In this document: piece after piece, positions 1 to 13,374 of the stretch
Numbering within the stretch: the stretch's first letter is position 1
How the letters are laid out: the number at the start of each line of letters is the position of its first letter
Origin: Amoebidium appalachense
Taxonomy: Eukaryota > Protista > Ichthyosporea
Direction of reading: 5' to 3'
Length of the DNA stretch: 64,000 nt
Assembly: GCA_963693365.1 (NCBI GenBank)
Contig: CAVNZM010000004.1
Coordinates: 8,159,093-8,223,092, forward strand
The notes under the pieces: generated by a model
Database searches by the model: none
What the model was told of the DNA's origin: nothing
Seen by the model: only the letters and a program-made list of their open reading frames with translations
Position numbers and translations under genes: made by a program

Positions 1-1874
1 TTTTCGGCGTAAATCTTGACAGCCAAATCATCTATAAATAGGTTAAACAAAAAGGGGCTAAGCAATGAGCCCTGCAAGAGACCTCTAGTACGAGCAAAAC
101 CATATGAAAGATGCCCATTAACCACAGCTCTACCATAGGTTTGAGACAAGAGTGCTTCTAACAGAACACCAATGCAGTGTGGTACACCCCGTGCAGCAAG
201 CTTTTCCCATAGGAGACCAGGGGAGACAGAATCGTAAGCAGTTTTCCAATCAATAAAGCCAACATATTGTGCACCAACTTGCATAGAATCGTGCAGTGCC
301 ATTATTTGAACATAACATGAATTGTTTTTACGAAAAGCGGATTGGCATGGGTGTATGTGAAGAATAGATTGAAACCTAGGGTGATGTGCAAATAACCTAA
401 GTAAGCAAGCTTCAAAGAATCTACGAACAACCTGGGTTAGTGTAATGGGGCGAAAGGATGATATGGGGCCCTCAGAGTCCTTCTTAACTATGGGGATCAC
501 TAAGGTATCTAACCAAGATGACGGGACATGTCCACATTTAACACACCAAGAAAAGAGAGAGCTTAACATGATAGTAAGATCAGGTTTAATAGCACGATCA
601 CTTTCCTTTTGTGGGTAGGAGGGAACAAGGATTTTAAGAAACCCAGCAGGGAGTCCATCAGGTCCACAAGACTTACTAGAGCTATAACTAGATATCACAG
701 ACCATATGGCATCGGGACTGAAAAAGGGGAGGATCGATTCTATGGGGATAGATGGGTCTACAGGCCACACAATAGGTTTCTGAGCGGGGGTCCTATCTTT
801 AAACAGTTCCGAGAAATACTTATCAGAGTCTATGAGGGGGTCTCCAGTGGTATCACCAATAATACGAGCAGGGGGGCCAAATCGATTCATACTAGCAAGC
901 CGGCGCAAGCTTTCCTTTTGAGACAGGGGTTCACCTAGTCTAGCGGGAGTGGTGTTTGGTAACAAGAGAGCATCGGGATATTCCTTCCTACCACCGCCAG
1001 CATAATCACCGAGATCTATCAAATCATCAACAATAAAGTTAGTGCATGTATCTAGTACGAGATGTGAATCTGGCCTGGCTTGTGCAGATTCTAATAGGCG
1101 CATATATATAGGGTGTTTCGTAGCATAGCATACACATACATCAACTCTACCCCACTGTGACTTAAGCTGGGATAGACGGAGGCGAAAGGTGGGAGGGGGA
1201 GGGGGGAGCAGATCAAGGGAGATCTTAGGTAGGAAAAGGATAGGAGAGTGGTCAGATGACCTAGAGAGGTTAGGAGGGAGAGAGAGTTTTGACATGGTTG
1301 ATGGCCAAAAGGCCACTCCCCAGTCGGTGTTGTGGGCATGGGATATTTGAGGGAACCGCAAAGTGTGACTTTGGACATACCTTGCTAAAGGGATAGCACG
1401 CTCCGGGGGCTTAGATGGGTACCCGACACTCACTTGCAGTGTGTCTGTGTGGTGGAGTCGCGTGTTAAAATCACCTAAAATAACAGTGGACATTGGTAAC
1501 TGTGACAACTCGTGAGTCAATTCGACAACCGACATAGATGGTGGGTAATATACAAAAGTAAAAACATTAGAAAGAAACTCTATAGAAACCGAGAATTCCG
1601 TTTTTGCTACCGGTTTGCACTTCACTCTCACGTGTGGTGCGGCAAGTACAATAATGCCTCGGTTTTTCGCGTAACCGGGGTGTGTGGATGTGTCGACCAA
1701 TGTAGAGTTGAATTTGTGGTGGTTTTTAAACTGTGTTTCGCAAATCACTGTAAACGTGTGGTTGTTTGTCTGTTGTTGTATGTAGCTGATTTTATCGTCG
1801 AGTGTCCCGGGGGGGAGGCCCTTTTGGGGGCCCAGTGTCCGAGCATTCCAGAAGAAGAAGGATAAATTAGGCAT
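1..1874 (-). CDS. Non-LTR retrotransposon (LINE) ORF2: APE endonuclease + reverse transcriptase, runs off the left edge
   Basis: Manual translation from ATG at 1874 gives APE motifs (FFFWNARTL, VICET, VYYPPS, ILGDFN, SDHSPI) then LINE RT motifs (KSCGPDG, FRPITL, FIDWKTAYDSV, GLLQGSLLSPFLFNLFIDD). The motifs checked share one frame. Absent from the ORF track, consistent with no stop before the edge. Confidence 0.93.
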   Translation of the reverse strand, partial: MPNLSFFFWNARTLGPQKGLPPGTLDDKISYIQQQTNNHTFTVICETQFKNHHKFNSTLVDTSTHPGYAKNRGIIVLAAPHVRVKCKPVAKTEFSVSIEFLSNVFTFVYYPPSMSVVELTHELSQLPMSTVILGDFNTRLHHTDTLQVSVGYPSKPPERAIPLARYVQSHTLRFPQISHAHNTDWGVAFWPSTMSKLSLPPNLSRSSDHSPILFLPKISLDLLPPPPPTFRLRLSQLKSQWGRVDVCVCYATKHPIYMRLLESAQARPDSHLVLDTCTNFIVDDLIDLGDYAGGGRKEYPDALLLPNTTPARLGEPLSQKESLRRLASMNRFGPPARIIGDTTGDPLIDSDKYFSELFKDRTPAQKPIVWPVDPSIPIESILPFFSPDAIWSVISSYSSSKSCGPDGLPAGFLKILVPSYPQKESDRAIKPDLTIMLSSLFSWCVKCGHVPSSWLDTLVIPIVKKDSEGPISSFRPITLTQVVRRFFEACLLRLFAHHPRFQSILHIHPCQSAFRKNNSCYVQIMALHDSMQVGAQYVGFIDWKTAYDSVSPGLLWEKLAARGVPHCIGVLLEALLSQTYGRAVVNGHLSYGFARTRGLLQGSLLSPFLFNLFIDDLAVKIYAE

Positions 1875-2385
1875 CGGTTTGGTCCGACACCTGTGGGGTT
1901 GGTTCCCACTTGTCGCTTACGGGGTCGTATGCACGACCTTCCGCCAGCGCGAACAGTTCGCAGAAGAGCTCGATTTCCATCTCGCATCGGCGTTTGCGCT
2001 CGAGCAGTTTCTCACCAGAAAACATTGGTTCCTTCGTGTCCGTGTCTATCACGCTCGTAGCATCGTTTTCCAACTTTGCGAGGAACTCTTTTGCCTTGCT
2101 GATGCGTACACGACAACGTGTGGCGCACGCATTCTTAGCAGACACTTTACGTTCTTTGTCTGCTTTCTGAATGTTTTCCGGCGCGCATGGGTCGTAGCTT
2201 GGGAGGTGGGTGAAGAAGCTTCCACACCCCTTTGTCGCGTCACGGATGAACGCACGGTTATAGTCGCCCCGTACTGCTACTTCCAGCACATCGTATCCAA
2301 TGAAGGACAGACAAAGGATGCGAGAGCACCGGAAGCCGAGAGCCTTGAAGATGGACCACATGGCCCTGTGTGGGCGTCTGCCGTG
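1867..2385 (-). CDS. C-terminal part of LINE ORF1 (5'-truncated); left junction with gypsy RNase H approximate
   Basis: Second half of ORF 1867..2661 (MWSIFKALGFRCSRILCLSFIGYDVLEVAV...) lies directly upstream of ORF2; its TAA overlaps the ORF2 start region by 8 nt. Confidence 0.7.
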   Translation of the reverse strand, partial: HGRRPHRAMWSIFKALGFRCSRILCLSFIGYDVLEVAVRGDYNRAFIRDATKGCGSFFTHLPSYDPCAPENIQKADKERKVSAKNACATRCRVRISKAKEFLAKLENDATSVIDTDTKEPMFSGEKLLERKRRCEMEIELFCELFALAEGRAYDPVSDKWEPTPQVSDQTDA

Positions 2386-2549
2386 ATATACTCTCCACTC
2401 ATGTGTGAGAGCATATACTAAGGCCAAAGCTTCCCTTTCACTGGTGGAATAACGTTTTTCTGTGGGGGAAAATAATTTGGAAAAATATGCTACCACACGC
2501 AAAGACCCATCGGCTTGGGTTTGGTATAGGCAGCCCCCCATAGAGATAG

Positions 2550-5500
2550 TGTTAAATTGTATAAGTATTTGGGATGAAAGTAGAGACACAGTGGTGCAGT
2601 GTGAAAACACCACAGACACACACAACAACAAAACACGGAACGATCGGAGCAGTGTACACAACAGACATCAATGTTTAGACACGACTGAACTCAATTTATT
2701 TTGATCTTCGAATAAATACCTGAAATTCCTCTAAGTTAAATCCATACATGATTTCCGACCAGTCGGAAATCAGATCTATGTCTAAAATAACCAATCACAA
2801 TTAACTGATTATTTCCCGGATAGATCCGGAGACACAGGAACGCACACCATAGGTCACAGCTATAAGAAAGAAAAGAGGTGAAGAGTAACGAGGAAAGAGG
2901 TGATGTTTCTAACCTATCAACGGCTACAAAGACTCAGACATTTTCTGACTAAGTCCACTGATTGGATATAGTACGGCAACACACAAAACAAAAGTGGTTG
3001 ACTAAGCTATGAATCATACCTGACAAGCTAAAGTGTAACCTAAGTGTTTTTCTACCAATCAAAACATAACGAGTAATATAAATCTACTCAACGTATATTA
3101 GTGAGAGAGAAATATAATTATGTGAAAGGAAACAAGAGAAGAAAGAAAGAGAAAAGAAAGAAGAAGAAAGAGGAAAAAGAAAAGAAAGCAGGACAGAAAA
3201 CACGAACAGCAAAACACAGTTATAACCGAAGATATTCATGTACACATAACATGTACACGTTTCTCCCTCACTGGGTAGACTCGTGTACCTATAATCAGTT
3301 GCTGTAATCGATATCTAAACACACGAATATAGCCGACACAACACGATTACAAGTACTCAAATACACTGGAGATCGATGTCATAATTTACGTACAAGGAGC
3401 ACATCTTTTTCATTAAGTAAATGAATGAAAACATAACACGAACTGAGAAGATCTTACAATATGTAAATACTACGTATTATAACATCCCCACTTAAGACTT
3501 TGAAGTTTGTGTTATCATATCCCCACTGAACTAGTGAAATCTCCCCACTTGAGAACAGAAACGGAAAAAAAAAAATTAAAGTTTGGACTTTTCCCGGGGG
3601 GGGGGGGGGGGGGGGAAGGGGGGGGAAGGGGGGGGGGAGGGGGGGGGGAAGGGGGGGAAGGGGGGGGGGAGGGGGGAGGAACCGGGGCAAAAACAACAAA
3701 TATATATAACGTGTATAGTCGGGGTTTGTTTAACTGGGCTTTAAACCAGTGAAAGATAGAGTAGAGTCATGGTACAGGTCAAACCTTATATATAAACCCT
3801 AAGTGGGCATACCCACAAAGGCAATACATATGAAATAATGATGGTGGTAAAGTAGGTAGTAATCATTCCACTAACTGGTACTAACTGGGTCGGGGGCAGG
3901 GGTTTCGGAAACGCGGGCAGGCAGCACGGTAGGCTGGCTAGAAACGTGGATGGGAACGGCCGGACCTGGCAGCACGTGTCTTGCTGGCCGGGGTCGGGTG
4001 GTAATGGGGGGGAAACAGCGGCAGGGGTAGCTGTTGCCCGTGCAGAGCTGGTGGTAGCTGGGATCTCGACGAGGTTGGCCACGTGATGGGGGGAAACTGC
4101 TGCCGGAATGCAGGGCAGATCAATGGAATGTGAGGGGGCCATTGACAGTGACGGCACGGTAAGGGGAGACATGGCCGAAAACAGGGTTGGAAATCCTGGA
4201 AGGAAGCAGGTTGGACACGGTAAACGGTTCTGGAGGGACTCAGGGTCGGGACTCCTAGGGAGGAGGGAAGCACAAAGGGCTTGGACGGGGTGGAACACGG
4301 TAGACTGGAAAGAAGTACCGAATTTGGATACTTCAGATGGACTTGATGGATGAAGGTCAAGTCGGATCGAGACGGGGTGTCAAATTATCGTCGATTGGAA
4401 CGCAGACGGGGTGTGAAATTATATTCGAATGCGGGTTGACGGGGTTCGAAATCGGATGGAATGGGATTTCGATGCAGGATCCTCAGGCCTGGGTAGACAG
4501 GGCGGCGCGGTTGAGACCACGTCGGTGAAGTGTCAAGGAACTTGGAGCGCGATTGCAGAACCAAGGGTGGAGGACGGTTTGGCGTGACGGAGAGAAACCA
4601 GGACGGAGCTGGAAGGAGTGCAAGCTGGAATTTGAACTTGCGAGGATGTCACGGGTGTCAAGGCGTGGCAAAAGCTCTTGTCAAGATGAGTCAGATCTTG
4701 TCAAGAGGAGTCACGTGGGACCGGTTACGGACGGACGCCGGGGATGGATGTACACAGCCTCAGCACCAAGATGCATGAGGAGCTGACCACAGCTATGATG
4801 TGTACCAGGAATTTAACGATCGCTAGGTCTAGGTGTGTGTAGGGAGCGTGCATCTGGGCCCATAACCTGTTAAATTATATAAGTATTTGGGATGAAAGTA
4901 GAGACACAGTGGTGCAGTGTGAAAACACCACAGACACACACAACAACAAAACACGGAACGATCGGAGCAGTGTACACAACAGACATCAATGTTTAGACAC
5001 GACTGAACTCAATTTATTTTGATCTTCGAATAAATACCTGAAATTCCTCTAAGTTAAATCCATACATGATTTCCGACCAGTCGGAAATCAGATCTATGTC
5101 TAAAATAACCAATCACAATTAACTGATTATTTCCCGGATAGATCCGGAGACACAGGAACGCACACCATAGGTCACAGCTATAAGAAAGAAAAGAGGTGAA
5201 GAGTAACGAGGAAAGAGGTGATGTTTCTAACCTATCAACGGCTACAAAGACTCAGACATTTTCTGACTAAGTCCACTGATTGGATATAGTACGGCAACAC
5301 ACAAAACAAAAGTGGTTGACTAAGCTATGAATCATACCTGACAAGCTAAAGTGTAACCTAAGTGTTTTTCTACCAATCAAAACATAACGAGTAATATAAA
5401 TCTACTCAACGTATATTAGTGAGAGAGAAATATAATTATGTGAAAGGAAACAAGAGAAGAAAGAAAGAGAAAAGAAAGAAGAAGAAAGAGGAAAAAGAAA

Positions 5501-5802
5501 AGAAAGCAGGACAGAAAACACGAACAGCAAAACACAGTTATAACCGAAGATATTCATGTACACATAACATGTACACGTTTCTCCCTCACTGGGTAGACTC
5601 GTGTACCTATAATCAGTTGCTGTAATCGATATCTAAACACACGAATATAGCCGACACAACACGATTACAAGTACTCAAATACACTGGAGATCGATGTCAT
5701 AATTTACGTACAAGGAGCACATCTTTTTCATTAAGTAAATGAATGAAAACATAACACGAACTGAGAAGATCTTACAATATGTAAATACTACGTATTATAA
5801 CA
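2550..5802 (-). mobile_element. Element A: non-autonomous Ty1/copia-type LTR element
   Basis: Near-identical 935-bp LTRs 2550-3484 and 4868-5802 (TG..CA), TSD GATAG, PBS GGTTATGGGCCCAG, PPT AAGTGGGGA. The 1.4-kb interior has no intact gene; its 3' UTR and LTR U5 match copia F. Confidence 0.93.
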
Positions 5803-6227
5803 GATAGCACACGCGTCTGTCTTAACAACAAACTCACCGGCATCCTTACTAAAATTAGGAAGCACAAGCACAGGTGGTTTGGTTAGAGCAGTGCGTAAAT
5901 TATAAAATGATTGCAGCTGTGTGCTATCTTTGTCTATATGGATTTTCTTCACTGCCTGGCCACCCATTAATTTTGTTAAGGGTGCGGCCGTGCGCGCGTA
6001 ATTTTTAATATATCTCCTGAGATAATTTGTAACACCCAAAAATTGTCGCAATTGGGTGACCGTTTTGGGGATAGGCCACTCTGCAACTGCTTTTATGCGC
6101 TTAGGATGGATAGTGATACCATCTGCAGATAAAATGTGCCCTAAGGCATCTATGGTTGGTACCGCTATTTCTGTCTTACTAGCATCGAGTCGAGCTTAAG
6201 GTTATGCTTAGCTAATGTAGTAAGGAC

Positions 6228-9200
6228 TGTAAACAACTGTACACATGAACTGTACATGTTTACTAAAGAATGTGATCTACTAGCACACAATTCGTTCTTT
6301 GTCATGAATATCACATAAATATTATGTCCACACCAATAGGAATCAATCTTACCTAAGAAATGAACCATGTATGATTCTACCGCTGCATACCACATAAACG
6401 AAGTGAACCAATAAGATGTTTGCATAAATAGGACGAAGGTCTGACTGGCTTGGACCGCACCAGAATCACGAATGGCATGTTGCCACCCGCGCTGGCCGCG
6501 GATGAAGCAATCCTGGGCCTTGATCCGAAACCTGGGGGCTATATAACAAAGCCGTCCCAGTACGGGGATCACATCAGTGAAGTCTGAGACAGACTGAGTC
6601 GGCCCATAGTAAAAGCAACTTGGCCGCGTGTGCCTTTCTACCCGTTCTCTGTCTTTATTCTGATTCAGTTGTTCTCTGCCTTATCCCAACTAGTCCAACT
6701 GTTTACATTGGCGACCGCGCAGTTCAAGAATCTCGCATCCTTCGAATCTCACATCTTTCAATCAGTTCAAGAATCTCACATCTTTCAATCAGCTCAAGAA
6801 TCTCCCATGGCCGATCACAATCCTTATTACCCCGATGATAGGCACATCTTTCCTTGTCCGGCTTAGAATATATACACCGACAAGTTTGAAGTGGCCAGCC
6901 CACCTACACGGAAAGAATTGAAAGCATGTAAAACTTCTTTTGCTACGACACATCAAAAATGTGAAGAAAAACGAATACACAACGAAACAACGAATACACG
7001 AACAAACGAATAAAGAATTGCTAACGAAGCAATGAACCAACGAAAAACGAACCATCACGAATACGCAATGAAATAAAGAATTAACGACAAGCGAATGCAT
7101 AGAGGAAATACGAATGAATGCAACACAAAACAAAACAAAGTAACGAAGTTATCAAACGACAAAAAACGAAAAACGAAAGCAAAATGAATTGGAAATACGA
7201 AAATGAAAGAACGAATGCACAACACTGCTTGGGTTGCAATGCACACAGCCCCCTCTATGTTACGAAGAAAAGAAAACCGTTGCCCTTGCGTGCATTGCGC
7301 TATTGCACACTGTCATCGTGTCCATGCCACCGCATGCACCTCCACACTCGCAAGCCAGATGCACGGCCACTTTCAGCACGAATGCATTTAAAGAAGAAGA
7401 TAGTCGCTGTTCCTATAGCATTGAGGACATAAGGTGCTGTGAAAGTAGTTTTGCATGCATGCTTCAAATTTCTTGCTGTTTTCGAATACAGCATGCCCCA
7501 TAGTTTAGCGCACAGGATGCACAACATGCGCATGAATGTATGCTGGCATGCCTAAACACATTACGAACATATGCCTCATGTATGGCGGCCCTTCCTGGTG
7601 CCACGCCCTAACGAATTTGCACTCTTGGTGCACAAAAGGCATGTAATAAAGTCGATGCAGAACTTTTGTTCATGCATGTGAAAAACAAAGAAGGTGTTGG
7701 GTACGAATTTTAAGGTGAATGCCCGTCTGTGGCAATACTGTGTAACATACCAATTACACTGTCAAGCCTTGCACTAGCTGCCGGCACACCCCCACCAGAA
7801 CAAAAGAATGTGGTATGGGCACCGTTCCCTCACAACCCCAGCATACAGTGTCAGTATTTTGGCTGGAAGCCTTTCAGTTTCGAATTACGAATACCCTCCT
7901 TCACTACTGAAGAAAGTGACGTGGAAGACGAATACGAATACGAATGCAAGGTGTTGTTGACTAACACATCGGACCATCATGTGTACCTAGGCCCTGGTAC
8001 GGAGGTGACCATGTTATTCCCTTGCAATATGATGACACTGTAACAATTTAGCACGTGCATACCCCACCAATGGGCACATGCGGGAGACAACCCCACAAGC
8101 TGCCTTATTGGGCACCTCTGCTAAAACGAATATTCTTCTCACGAAGGAACAGAAGAATGCCACGAACACGAACCACACACCCCCCAGGCAGCTACTTACG
8201 TCTGATGTATGAAAGTAGTAGGTGTGTGAATGGGGTAACTACATGAACACCAACACGAAAGCAAGCACAGCACAAAGCAGTTCCACGAATACGAATGGTT
8301 TTGGTATTCCACACAACGAACAGAACCTACAGTAGGGCCACCTACAAATGAAGCAGAGGATGGGGCACCATCCAGACCTGCACTGGAGGATATGAAGATA
8401 CGAAGCGCGCTCACGAAGTTGCTTACAAAAGAAAGGGCGACTCTGACGACTTTTCTTTTTAGGCCAAGCCTCCAGAAGAATGTATTATGCCTGGAATCCC
8501 CCTGCTCAACGAAAAATGGCTGGCAAATGGGATACGAAAACTGCTCACGAATGGAAGCATGTGTTTTCTGAAGAAGGTTTGCTTTGCCTACCCTCTTCTT
8601 ATGAATTATGAACCGGGTTTTTACTGGTTCGAATTCTGACGGGCTGATATATTTCTTTATGTCGCCCAACGAAGAACACTTGGGGCATTTTTATTCATGT
8701 TTTTCCCAGCTCCGATGATGCAGGGTTAAAGCTGAAAGGAAAGAAGTGCTATTTGTTCATGAAAGAAGTGGCTTTTCTGGCCATGGCGACTCGCCTTACA
8801 GTCTTAAGGTAGAACCGGGATAAGGAGCAGCGGCTAAGCCTTGAAGCTATCCACCACTACCTGAGCTACGAAGTGACCTAAGGCTTGAGTTATATTCATT
8901 ATCGAAAGCTTGGTATGATCATTCATCCACACAACCAAATTACTCGCAATTGAAAACGAATCTGCGGGAGTATCCTAAAAAGGAAAAATTCCCAAAAAGG
9001 AAAATATTACTTCTACAGAAAAAGCCAAGCACAGAGACGAAGCGAACAATTCGCACGAACACTCTGCAACAATCTTCGCCACGAAAATGAACGCACAGAA
9101 GAATGCTGCATGAATTTACGTTTTGGCAAACGAAGAAGTGCTCATAGACGTGCACAACTCTATTCAACCATCCTTGCTCTGTTCTGCCCAGCAGCTCGGC

Positions 9201-9772
9201 GCACAAGAATTCTCGCTGAAGGTTGTTTATCGCCTCTCAGCCTGGTGGTTTGCTTGCCTAACGACACCACCAGGCTCCCGACAAGGGGGGAGTGTAAACA
9301 ACTGTACACATGAACTGTACATGTTTACTAAAGAATGTGATCTACTAGCACACAATTCGTTCTTTGTCATGAATATCACATAAATATTATGTCCACACCA
9401 ATAGGAATCAATCTTACCTAAGAAATGAACCATGTATGATTCTACCGCTGCATACCACATAAACGAAGTGAACCAATAAGATGTTTGCATAAATAGGACG
9501 AAGGTCTGACTGGCTTGGACCGCACCAGAATCACGAATGGCATGTTGCCACCCGCGCTGGCCGCGGATGAAGCAATCCTGGGCCTTGATCCGAAACCTGG
9601 GGGCTATATAACAAAGCCGTCCCAGTACGGGGATCACATCAGTGAAGTCTGAGACAGACTGAGTCGGCCCATAGTAAAAGCAACTTGGCCGCGTGTGCCT
9701 TTCTACCCGTTCTCTGTCTTTATTCTGATTCAGTTGTTCTCTGCCTTATCCCAACTAGTCCAACTGTTTACA
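6228..9772 (+). mobile_element. Element D: non-autonomous/decayed Ty3/gypsy LTR element related to element E
   Basis: 480-bp LTRs 6228-6707 and 9293-9772 appear identical, TSD AGGAC, PBS TGGCGACCGCGCAG, PPT AAGGGGGGAG. Interior is a stop-ridden relic of E (e.g. YECKVLLTNTSDHHVYLGPGTEV at ~7940-8010). Confidence 0.93.
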
Positions 9773-10751
9773 AGGACAGCATTCATTTTCGTAAATAATT
9801 CATCTTCCGTCTGCGCATAAAATATAAGATCATCAATATAAATAATGTAATCATCGAGGTGATCTTTTAACACCCAGTGCATTGCACGCATCATAGTAGG
9901 GGGGCTATTACTAGCACCCATAACCATGACTTCATATTGGTACAGCTTATTGCCTAATGCGAACGCCGTTTTCGGGCGCGATTCTTCGTCATAATAAATT
10001 TGCCAAAATGCGCGACTCATATCAAACTTTGCAAAAATGCGTGCACCTTGTGCACGTTCCAATTCTGCAGTAATATTAGGGAGGGGATATAGTATGAGTC
10101 TTTACGAAGAATTTCATTTAATTTCCGCATATCCTGGACCATCCTGAATTGGCCAGGTTGCTTTTTCGGCACTAAGAAAATACATAGGGAACTGCCAAGG
10201 AGAACCATCTGCAGGTTCTGCTTCGTCCCGTTCAATCATTTCATCTACAATTTTCTGTGCCGCTTCTAATTTTACTTGCTCTAGGCGCCATTGCTTCACT
10301 TTGATTGGTGGATGGTCACCTGTGTCTAAACTGGCCTCGAACCCATGCAGCCTGCCATATTCATGCTCATTTTTAATAAACACATCATAATGTTTATCCA
10401 AAAATGAGGAAACACGCTCTTTTAACTCTGGGGTATATGTATACTCAGGAAAACTAAATTTCCATGGTATACGGTGGGTGGCGGTGGGTGCTGTCTGTGG
10501 TTGGGCATCACGGAGCCCATTATGGGTACTCCGAGAGCCAACACCTATCGGTGCAGAGTCAGTGATCACAGTGGCCCCTGACTCTGTTTGAAAGGTGGGG
10601 GTATCTGCTAAAGAGGTTGCGGATAAATGTGGCAGATTTATTAGAGCAGGGTGCTGCCGAGAGGAGGATTTAACCCCCAAACCGTCATCCAACTCCATAT
10701 CACAACAACATTATCATCGATATTAATACCCTCACTATTACAGACACCCGC

Positions 10752-11460
10752 TGTCATCTTCACTTAATTCTCAGCAAGACTTAGAAGTTGAGTTTGGTAT
10801 TTATTTATTAGTTGTTGTAGTTTGTTTCCTTTTTCCTTTCTTCATTTCTTTCTTTCTTTTCCGTTTCCGTGTACACGACATCTTAGATCTGTGTACGTAT
10901 CGACATACTTAGCTCGCGCACACGTATTGTCGTTTGCGTCAAAATCTATATATGTCATCCAATCATATCTCGTTTGTATTTTCCCAAATATAGTAACTTA
11001 CATTCCTTTCTCATTTCTTTCCCACGACGTAGCATTGTGCTATGTTCTTCAACTATTAGGAATAATTATATTTAGACGTGTTATGATAAGAACATGTATA
11101 AATATATGTTATGAATTAATAGTTACATAAGTGGTTTCATTTTATTAAATGTTTCCGTGCTTTTATTAGAAGTTTCTTTCATTGGAGGATTGAGTTTTAT
11201 ATTCTAAATGTCGACAGACATTTTATTCGATATATTTTACACTCATAGTTTTCATTCTTTTGATTGGTTTATCGTTTCACATTCCCAAGTATAAAAGGGA
11301 CCTCATCTTGAAATAAATCATAAGCAGTCGTATTCACTTCCTATGGTTCCAGAAATCGTTCCTCCTCTCCGGTTGTGTTTTTCCCGTGTGTCTTTGTGTT
11401 GTGTTTTACATAACACCCATCTGTGCTCTCTGCTTCTCCGTTTACCCACACAAAATAACA
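10752..11460. mobile_element. Solo LTR (709 bp) inserted in element B
   Basis: TGTCAT...ATAACA termini, 5-bp TSD CCCGC on both sides, AT-rich and non-coding; right end resembles the copia LTR U5. Confidence 0.85.
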
Positions 11461-13374
11461 CCCGCGGCGGTTGTGCATGCACTAGTATACAACGAGTGGA
11501 CAGCTAACCTAGTATGAGCATAATCCACCTCATCTGAATACATAGGATTATCATATGTGCCCCGCCCAGCAGGACTACATCTTTGGGACGGATGTGGGCT
11601 AGGCACCAATCCCAAAGACCGTGACTTCGCCATGCCAGCGTATCCAGCTGCCCGGCCGGTTGCAGCAGACACACGAAAATCAAGAACACCAGAGCTGTTA
11701 ATATCCGCAACCGCGTAGATTTCTGCAAGGGTTTGCTCAGTCAGAGACTGAACGTGGCCAAGATTACTAGGTAATAAAGGCACGTCTTCTTCAGAAAAAT
11801 TATAAGCTAGCAAACCTACATCACCACTAGGGTGAACAGCAACCATATCAGCGGGGAAAATACTGTTGTAATGTCGCATTCGGCATAAACAACGCAGGTC
11901 CCGCAGGCATATGGCTACGTGCTTTCAAAAATATCTTAGTAACAGTATGTGCTTTAAGCACAACAGTGGTTTTTGCAAACGGCAATAAGCTGCAACATCA
12001 GGCAAATGCTCATAAGAGAGGAGGACTGAGTCCCCGTTTCTTAAGGTAAGTGCCTGTGTTTCCAAATCTGCAGTCTTAACCCATGTAACTATCCAGTCAT
12101 TACCTAATAAAACATCAGGTCCATTCATATCCCCAACGACTAGGAAGGGCCAATCCAAAAGGGTATTGCCCACCAGCCAAGAGATAACGGACTCACCTTT
12201 AACTTCAAGCGGACTCCCCGTGGGAGTAATACCACCAGCAGCCAACAAGGAAGGGGACAGCTCTAAAGCTGTGCCTGCTTCTTGAAGGCGTTTAAAAAGG
12301 GAATATTTCATGAGGGTTACCTGAGAACCCGGATCATACACAGCTTTCGTTTTGATATTATGTGAAAAAGATAAAAATATAGTATATCTAGGTCTCGGGA
12401 CTACCGTAGTAGGAGTGGGTATGCTAGTAAGTCTCTGTGGATGTGTGCTATCATGCCCATCGAACTGGTTGGTACTATCCAACTCAGAGGAGGGAGGAAT
12501 AGGTAAAGCTGCACACATCACACCAGAGATGTCCTGCATACCTGGTTGACCTAAAGAGACGTCATAACACGCTTTTTTAGACGGGGGTGTCGTACCTACA
12601 AACAGAGTGTATACAAACTACTCTAACTATCTGCACGCTTAAAGGGGCTCGAAACTGTGTATACGTATAAACTTTTCTTTGAGTTGGGTGGGAAGCGAGA
12701 AAAAACGAGTTCTTAGAAGAACTTCGAAAAGCCCGCGACCCCGCGAGACACTTCACAGACACGCGGCCCACTGGCCAGACAAATACCACAGTGACATTCA
12801 GCCAATCACAACACTCCCTCTTCACAGACTACACGCACTCCACACCATTGGCTACCGCGGCCTCAGACACCCCTACAGCACTACAACACGTACACACGTT
12901 TACTCACAAATTGAATACATATAAGCATACACACACGCGAGCAGGCAACATGGGTCTCGCCACGCACACAGCAAGAAGCAATACAACATTTAACATGGAG
13001 AGTACGCAGAGGCATTGTGCATGCACGCGCGCACCTTTAACAATCAGCCGCCGCCGCATCAGGTTCTCCCCATACCACTGATTAATCTCCTCATACCCCA
13101 CTTAGACCCCGGCATCACTATGCAAGAAAACCCCCGAAATTCACTCACCAAAACACAAAATATAGAAGCAAACTAATACGAATCAGCTCAGCACATGACA
13201 ACTCCCCCCTCGCACAGAAAATAACTGAGTTCCACCTCAGTAAAAACTACCTAAAAACAAAATAAAGTTATGTGCTGAGCGACTACAACTACCGCTACCC
13301 ATGCAGGAAGCAACATTTAACATATAACATAAAACATATACATGCATCCACACACACACCACCCCAGCATGGTT

